A stretch of DNA of 64,000 nt from Chrysemys picta bellii. Taxonomy: Eukaryota. The first letter of the stretch is position 1; each line of letters begins with the position of its first letter. This document shows positions 56,410-64,000 of this stretch, in pieces. The translations under genes were made by a program, and so were the position numbers. A model generated the notes under the pieces. It was not told the origin of the DNA. It worked only from the letters and a program-made list of their open reading frames with translations, and did no database searches. The stretch covers positions 31,682,001 to 31,746,000 of the forward strand of contig NC_088791.1 in assembly GCF_011386835.1 (NCBI RefSeq). The letters are read 5' to 3'.

Positions 56410-56688
56410 AATAAAACTGTTAATTTCCTAAAATTGCTCTGTAGCAGCAGCATATAAAATTATTTTAATTTAAAAAATGCCCCAAACCCTAAACCTCTCT
56501 TTTAGGTACAACTGAAAGTATTTTTAAAAATACTTTATCTGTCTATAGTTAAAATGCATACATGATTTATGTTAAATTTGTTTGTGTGCATGTGGACTTT
56601 CGGAGAAGGATGTGTTGTCTCTTACATTCAAGTTCAGCAGTTTGCATGAACTGTGAGCAATAGGTATTTATTTTTCACTTGCAATAAA
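56410..56688 (+). terminator. TRMU candidate polyadenylation signals
   Basis: AATAAA at 56410 and 56683, followed by T/GT-rich sequence. Confidence 0.5.
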
Positions 56689-57639
56689 TTTTACAATATG
56701 TATTTTACACTTGTTTGAATCTTATGCTGCTAGTTGTTATGGTTTAAGTTTTTACCATAATTCAGGTTTTGAAATCTAGTGATTTGAAAGTAAATGTGTT
56801 GATACATCTAACAATCTCTTATAAAACTGAGTAATGGTATGCCATTTTACTGTAGTTTAAATAATTTTATAAACTAATCAAGGCAAGGACTGTGGATTCT
56901 GTGTCCTTGGAGTACTGAGAGTACATTGTCAGTGTGTAACTAAAACCAAATTCATGTTTACTTGATTGTTATATTAAAGCTTGTTATACAAGTAACTTTT
57001 GGGGAGGGAGGGCGGGCATTCATGGAAATAGACCGGATACTAAATCAACGTGGTGTCATACTATATGGGAGGGTATTATGAAATGTGTTTATTATTTAAA
57101 ACAAAAACTCCCAAGACTTTTGATACAGTGAATTGGAGCAAGCCACTGTATCCTGAAGACCTCCTCAGATGGTTATATAGCTCCTTTATTGTGAGTCTTA
57201 ACAAAAGCCAAGTCCTGTAGTTAACATTACCATATAAATTAACTATCATTAACACACAGCTGCACCGAAGTAAGACTTTTCAAATGGCTGTAGAAGTCTG
57301 ATGGGTATAGAATTCTTTCTTTATCCAGTTAAGGAGAAAATCTAGAAAGCTGTATCACAAATAGATTATTTCATCAAATGTAAAAGTAAATTATATGTAA
57401 CCATGTTGTTTCCCCCTCCTACACACACCTCCCTTTCTATATCCTGATTGCCAGCTTAAGAGCTGCTGTTCTCTGCTCAGAGTAACAAAGGAAAATAAAG
57501 TTCTGTCTTTTTCTCCAAAGAGGGGAGATAAATGAACAGAAAACTCTCCTTGCTAACTGCTACTTGCCAGTCTGTGGATTTGCTGAGGACACTTGTACTC
57601 AGGTGAACTGTGTGAAGCAAACAAACTGCCCTTCCTGTA

Positions 57640-58215
57640 AGAAATCTGCACCCACCACTTGTCAGAAATATCAGTTGTCCCATTGGGGACAGAGGGGGTA
57701 TGATTAGAGCCTACACCTGAGAGACCCCTATTCAAATCGTTCCTGGCCCTGAGGCAGAGAGGGGTGAATTGAACTTGGGTCTTCCACATCGCTGATGCGT
57801 GCTTTAAACACTGACCTAAAATTTATAAGATGGGTTGTGACAGTACCACCTCTTCCTCCAGCCAGATTTTGAGTGGGACAGATCCAGTAGGCGGCCTCTG
57901 AGCATGCATACCAGATTGAGCCCTGCATGTGACTTAGGTAGCCAAACATCTGTCTCTCCCTGGTTCATGAATTGCTCTGGGGCTTAGGCGGAATATAGGC
58001 ACCTGGATGCCTAGACTGAGGCAGCAGTATGCCTGCTCATAGGCAGGAATGTAGGCATGGTGGGAACTTCTTACTCTAAAAACTTAGGCACTGGGTGAAT
58101 TTAGACACCTACAGGATTCAGCAGGAGTTTTGTGGACATAGTGGAGCTAAAACTGGGACTTAGGTGTCCAAGTGTGAGGTTTAGGCACCTAAGTACCTTT
58201 CTGAACCCAACCCTT
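57640..58215. mobile_element. tRNA-head inverted-repeat element (same family as 8165-11400, opposite orientation)
   Basis: Paired heads ...ATTCAAATC.../GAATTGAACTTGGGTCTTCCACATC. Ends TTTAGGCACCTAAGTACCTTTCTGAACCC. Confidence 0.55.
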
Positions 58216-59206
58216 AGTTTTTACAAGTAATAGTGTCAATGACAGTGAACCAATTCTGCCAAACATGGTTTAATTAGATGTTACTCATATCATAAAGTTG
58301 TCAAAGTATGTCTTACATCAGTTCTTTAGGAAACCATATCCATCTAATGTGCCACAGTCACTTTTTGTCGTCCCCCCCCCCCTTGAATGTAATTACCCTT
58401 GTCTGCCTTTCATCTGGACTAAAGAATAGTTATTTTAAAATAAATTTAAATTTTTAAATGGAAATGAACGTCCCCCTTCAGTCTGAATTCTTTCCACTTA
58501 ACCTGAAGAGGACAAATACTTTCTACTAATCAAGTATAAAAAAATTAATTCCCAGCCATTCATGTTGCTTTAAGGGACATAAATGGAATAAAGACCAGTT
58601 GTGAGGAATTGGGCTCCTTGTAAGAGAGAACAATATTACTGAATTTCTGTTGTGCTATTTTTAAACACCAGAATGTTTCTGTCCAGGGAAGCTCCTTTTT
58701 AACACCCCCACCCCCGATACTGAACTTTTAAAGAGTATGAGAACTGTATGCCAACTGTGTCTTTGCTCCTTTCTCCAATAAAAGTCAATTCCTAACCTAT
58801 TTCCTCACAGGAGAACAAAGGAGGTCTACATTACAAAGTTAGGTCGACATGCCACACTAGGTCGAGTTAATAATGTACATGTCTACACTACTGAGTCCCT
58901 TCTGCTGACCTAAAGGGCTTGTAAAGTCGACTTCTGTACTTCACCTCCACAAGAGGCGTTGCGCTTCAGTCGACATCCATGTATCAACATGGGGATAGTG
59001 TAAACACTGTGCTGTGTAATTCTAATGAATTGGCCTATAGGCGATGTTCCACAATGCTCTGCAGTAACTGCTCTGGAGAGCACTTTCAACTCCACTGCAC
59101 TTCAGCCAGGTACACAGGGAACAGCTGCCCCGATGTTACAGCCCCGGGAGCTTTTGAATTTTCATTTCCTGTTTGATCAGCGTGGAAAGCTCGTCCACAG
59201 CTGACA

Positions 59207-59728
59207 ATGGATGCTCAAGGCTGCAAACGCGCTCCAGCATGGAGCACACAGGATGTAGTGGATCTTATTGTTGTATGGGAAGAAGAGTCTGTGCAGGCAG
59301 AGCTCTGATCCAGCAGAAGAAAGGTTAACATCTATGCCAAAATTGCACAAGGTCTGGGGGAGAAGGGCTACACCAGGGAGAGACAGCAGTGCTGCGTGAA
59401 AATAAAGGAGCTTCAGCAAGTGTACAAGAAGACCAGGGAGGTGAACAGTTGCTCTGGTTCTGAGCCACAGACATGCCCCTTCTACGAGGAGCTGAATGTG
59501 ATTCTAGGTGGCAACCCCACCACTACCTCAAAACACTCCATGGATACCTCCCAGGAACCCCGGGCAACAACGAGGAGGACATTGTTGAAGAGAAGGAGGA
59601 GGCGAATGCATGGCAAGCAAGCAGAAGATCCATTATCTCTGACAGCCAAGAACTTTTTTTAACTCTGGAGGGCATCCCCTCACAGGACCAATTGTTGGTG
59701 GAGCGTGATGCTGGGGAAGGCACCTATG
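59207..59728 (+). pseudogene. Harbinger Myb/SANT-like DNA-binding protein exon 1 (premature TGA at 59306)
   Basis: KRAPAWSTQDVVDLIVVWEEE...QQCCVKIKELQQVY...TCPFYEELNVILG. Donor G|gtgagt at ~59729. Confidence 0.85.
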
Positions 59729-59784
59729 GTGAGTAAAGCTTTTCAATCAAACTGTAGGGGTCCTATAATATTATTTTTAATATT

Positions 59785-59972
59785 AGAGGGGTAGCTGTGT
59801 TAGTCTGGATCTGTAAAAAGCAACAAAGAGTCCTGTGGCACCTTAAAGACTAAGAGATGTATTGCAGCATAAGCTTTTGTGGTATGCGTCTGACAAAGTG
59901 GGCATTCACCCACGAAAGCTTATGCTGCAATACATCTGTTAGTCTTTAAGGTGCCACAGGACTCTGTTGTTG
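59785..59972. mobile_element. Fold-back Penelope terminal-repeat insertion in the Harbinger intron
   Basis: ~60-bp inverted arms, TSD TTTTTAAT(A/G)TT (59774, 59973), and a hammerhead with a mutated core on the + strand. Confidence 0.88.
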
Positions 59973-60414
59973 TTTTTAATGTTGAATCTGAATTTAGAAA
60001 TTATTAGCAACCACTCCAGCTACACAGAGGGTGCTCTCCAAAAAAGACCGTTTATGTGCCCGGGAATGGCCTGGGAATCCTCCCTTGAGATCTCTAGAGG
60101 TACTCTGCAATCCTTTGCAGAAGGCTTCTGGGAAGGGCTGCCTTATTTCGTCCACCACGATAGGACACTTTCCCACGCCATTCCAGTATTCACTCTTCTG
60201 GCATCGTTGCAGCACGCAGCATAAGGACCAGGTCTGTACCCAGACGCTTGCAGCATCTGCTTTCTTTCCGCCTCTGTTACCCTCAGGAGAGTGATATCGC
60301 ATATGGTCACTTAGGAGAAATGGGGGGAAGTTTTAAATGCTAGCCCTTAAATCGCAAGCAATTAGATAAGTAATCTGCCCCCGTTTTTGTGAATTCTGGG
60401 TCACACAACCACAC

Positions 60415-62540
60415 TTTCTTCGTTGAGTAGTGTCCCTGTGGGTGATCCACTTTGTATCATTGCGCCCCTGCACTCATAACTGGAGATTTAAGGTAGCAGT
60501 GCCCGGTTGGGTCGCACATGTGCAGTTCCCATCTCACGCCGCTTCAGGCAGTTAACTAATGCTGTGTGACCCACACACACCCCACTTCCTTCTCTACTGC
60601 CGTTGGTTTGAGTTGGAGTACTCAGCAGTGCGTCACAGCTAGAAATAAGCCCTTTTTCCTTTAGCAGTAGTTCTCAGTTCTTAGTTCAAATATTATAGCC
60701 TTTTTCCTTCCTACTTTATCCTCATCCCTTCAAAATATATATAATTTTTTTTTACTCACAGGACCTTGTTTCCATTATCCCCAATCACAGTGGCATATAT
60801 CTCTCCACATCACTGAGAGATACGCTCCCTCCAGATACGGTTCTTCGGGCTTTAAACGCTGCACTACTTACCGGCTTTCAATACCTCTCTCAGACGGACA
60901 CTCTCAGTGTGTCCTTTACCTCGTGAGGGACACATACCACAAAAGTGCTCGCACTGCCACAACTTGAAAGCCCGCACTAGAAAAGGCAGGGATTTACAGA
61001 TAAAGCTTCTCCTCATGGAGAAGTCTTTTCCCGGCATCTGAGCCTGAGGTACGAACCCCTCTCTGCCAGAAATCACCACCTGCCACCTCAGATAAAGGCT
61101 CCTTTTTCAGAGGCAAAGAGCCTGAACAACTTACCAAGAAGGCAAGGAAAGGGGGCTCCATATCCGCGACTCTGGAGTTGGCCAAGAAAAGGCGCTCTGA
61201 TAGCGGCAAAAGACTCCTGGTACCAACTGCACTGGCCGTACCAACAACCGACAGACCAGGTCCCTCCGGTACCGACGGTAACAAGAAACCCAGAGTTCCT
61301 AAGTAGTCGAGCCCTGACACAGGCAGCAAAGGGAAAGTGAAACCCCATGCTGCGGCACCCACAACAACAAACAAACATCGGTACCAAGCATCCCTGTTCT
61401 AATATCGCCACCTACTGCTGGCACTATGCATTCCAGCCACACACCTGTGCCCATAAGCTCACACCAGCACACAGTACTGAGTTCCCTCATTCCACCAGGA
61501 CTGGGCACGTCACAGCAGTTCCTCTCTCATACAGACTTATCTATCTCATCAGTACCACAGTCTCCTCTCCCTGGCACCAACAGTACCACGGTACACTCGG
61601 TACTTAGCCAACCCAGTTCTCTACAGTCTTCACACAATTTTCTAGTAGGGAGGAGAATATAGGGTACTTGCTCCAGCTTTCCTCTCCTGTGGCTACACCC
61701 ACTACACAGGCCCCACCAAGCATGGGTTTCCTTGTAAAATTTACAAATTAAACCTGGTACAACCAACTCTGGATGTCCACAATGCCCTTCCAAACGCAAT
61801 GGCCATTCTGGCAGCCATGGGCTCCATATCCACCACAGAAACAGGCAGTACCCACCATTCTTCCCCCTAAGTGGGACACCTCAGCCACCCATATTGCCAT
61901 CCAAGGCACCTTCTGCTGTCTCTCAACATGGAGCTGAAGAACAGGAGCAATTCTTGGACCCAGACGAACCACCTGACATTCAATTGATTATGCCTCAACC
62001 TCCCACCACTGCAGACGATTTCAAGCAGTTTCAGGAACTTTACAAGAGAGTGGCCACTTCCCTAGACATCTCTCTGGAAGAGGTCCAGGAATCTCACCAC
62101 AAACTGGTGGACATACTATACATGTCCACTTCATCCAGAATCCCCCTCCCCATGAATGAGACAATTATGGACTCTCTGAAGTTGCTTTGGCAAACCCCAG
62201 CAGGGATTCCACCCACATGTAAAAGGTCAGATAAGAAATATTACATGCCAGCCAAAGGCACTGAATTCCTTTTCTCACACCCACCACCACGTTCACTGGT
62301 TATCGACACAGTGAACGAACTGGGTAAGCAACAATACTATAGGAACACCCTGTATGATAAAGACTGGAAATGACCCAACCTATTCAGCCGTAAAGCATAC
62401 TTGGCAGCGACCTTACAATTGAAAATTGTCAACTGTGAGGCCCAACTGGCCAAGTATGATCACAATAATTACACAAGTCTCTCGGAATTTATAAATTTTA
62501 TTCCAGACAACAGAAAGGATCAGTACAAAGCACTCATCAC
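60415..62540 (+). mobile_element. DIRS1-like retrotransposon, 5' part (terminal sequence + disrupted gag), 3' truncated
   Basis: Starts TTTCTTCGTTGAGTAGTGTCCCTGTGGGTGATCCACT. Cys/His-rich GFKRC..DGHSQC..C..C gag N-terminus. ORF 61894..62373 is LAP2alpha-C-like. Confidence 0.82.
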
Positions 62541-62680
62541 CAAGCATAATAAAAAATTAATGGTTTGGGGAGAAAAGGCTCTTTATTCATTCAGCACACA
62601 GTGGTTAGCAGGGGTGTAGTTCACAGCAGAGTATGTGCAATGAAGGGGACAGCTAGGTAAGGAATAACACACATGTCACA

Positions 62681-62958
62681 TTACTGTGGGTCATTGATTA
62701 AACTAGTTTTCAGAGCCTTAAGGAGATGCAGCGTACCTCTTATTGCCCTGGGGTCTGGCTGCTCAAAATTGGCTGCCAGACAATCTGCCCCCACCCCCAC
62801 CCTGCCAGAAACTTTTCTCCCTTTGTTTCACAGATATTATGGAGCACACAGCATGCAGTAACAACAATGAGGATATTGCTTTTCACTGAGGTCTAACTTA
62901 GTAAGCAGACTATGCCAGTGAGCTTTTAAACATCCAAAGGCCCATTCCACCATCATTC
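62681..62958 (-). pseudogene. Harbinger (HARBI1-like) transposase C-terminus
   Basis: The minus strand reads MVEWAFGCLKAHW...TACCVLHNICETKGE, matching the Harbinger E-xAFGxLKxRW and CCxLHN motifs. Confidence 0.88.
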
Positions 62959-64000
62959 ATTAAAAAGTCTTAAAATCCTTCAAAGTCTGAATCAGTCTCT
63001 GATTCACCAAACAGTTCATTAAACTTGGCTTCAATCATAGCTGTACCTGCATTGTCATTGTAGATGTCGGCAGCATCGTCTTCAGAGTCAGATTCCCTCT
63101 CATCGTCAGCCTCTGTTGTGTCATCATAAAATATGGCATCATCTTTTTACCCATCGAGTGCATTGCTGATACAGCATTTCCTAAATTATTTTTCTACCAT
63201 TTCCGAGGGAATGGACACCCACGCGTCCTTCATCCACTGGGCGACCAGATTGATTTCGGGCTTCATAAGATTTCTGCCTTTTGTCAACTTCGCCATGCTT
63301 GAGCACATCCATTCAGACCACATTTTGCGTATCCTGTCTTTAAAGGGTTTGTTCAGGCAGACATCAAGCTGTTGTAGATCTGAAGATAAGCCTCCAGGTA
63401 TTACAGCCAAAGTAATTTTCATATTTTTGGCCACATTTTTCACCTCATCCGTCTTGTGTGCCCTGAACATGTCCCAAATGAGCATAGCAGGCTTCTTGAA
63501 AAGTGCTTCTGGTCTCTTATTCCACACTTTTTCCAGCCATTCAATAGTCCCACTTTCATCCATCCATCCCTTTTCGTGTGCACGTACGATAACACCAGCA
63601 GGAAATGTCATGTTTTTAGGCAAAGTTTTTCTTTTAAAAATAACAGGAGGGAGCTTTGATCCATTTGCCAAACATGATAAAACCACCGTAAAATGGATTT
63701 TTTCATGGCCAGTGGTTTTAATTAAAACTGTTTTTTCACCAACACCGGTTACTGTTCTGTTGCTCGGGAGATGGAATGTCATTGGTGTTTCGTCCATATT
63801 TCCTATTTGTGACAGTTCAAATGCATATTCCTTTTGATATTATATAATAAACCTTTGGAAAGATTCGATTTTTTTCTTCCAGATCTCTAGCCAGCTTTTG
63901 TGCTATCTTTGTTTGCTGACAAAGACAGAGACCATGATGGTTCATGAAGCGAGTACACCAACCCGCTGATGCAACAAACACTGACAGCTTTACTGACTTG
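62959..64000 (-). mobile_element. pogo/Tigger transposon with a DDE_1 transposase (POGK-like), runs off the window
   Basis: ORF 63186..63797(-): NMDETP, TGHEK, GWMD, LIWDMFRAH, PGGLSSDLQQLDVCLNKPFK, then an acidic tail ending SDFEGF* at 62970. A few stops are present. Confidence 0.92.

Larger units (their letters stand above)
58822..62958. mobile_element. PIF/Harbinger transposon remnant (Myb/SANT gene +, transposase -), host of nested insertions
   Basis: The left end has GTCTACA motifs. The Myb/SANT exon and DDE C-terminus are in convergent orientation. Confidence 0.85.

Noticed and set aside
57080-57420. AT-rich, UTR-like block with a minus-strand AATAAA (~57088), possibly the 3' end of CELSR1, the mammalian downstream neighbour
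   Set aside because: No CELSR1 coding sequence is in the window and 5 kb of nested TEs follow. This is a synteny argument only.

Overview
This is vertebrate nuclear DNA, most likely from a turtle. That call is inferred from a tortoise PolIII-type tRNA/CR1 SINE and from the Penelope, DIRS, Harbinger and hAT families present; no database was consulted. Two intact multi-exon genes lie on the + strand in the same order as the mammalian GTSE1-TRMU block. GTSE1 has 11 coding exons (6566-28271, 715 aa by manual splicing) and TRMU/MTU1 has 11 coding exons (31736-55899, 419 aa). Each gene starts in a CpG island. The rest is mostly transposable elements: two near full-length dead hAT elements with TSDs, many hAT/Tc1-pogo/Harbinger MITEs, solo LTRs, L2, CR1, MIR, and Penelope pieces carrying minimal hammerhead ribozyme motifs. 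A four-family nest (Harbinger/Penelope/DIRS/pogo) sits at the right end. I see no CRISPR array, rRNA or true tRNA gene, and no wholly new gene system. The best leads are: (i) two consecutive GC-AG introns around the catalytic-Cys exon of TRMU, each with an in-frame GT-AG alternative; (ii) a candidate 23-nt GTSE1 micro-exon that would remove the KEN box yet escape NMD; (iii) Penelope fold-back hairpins with antisense hammerheads inside introns; and (iv) a repeat family built from inverted tRNA-like heads. All coordinates were counted by hand, and TE boundaries without a TSD are approximate.
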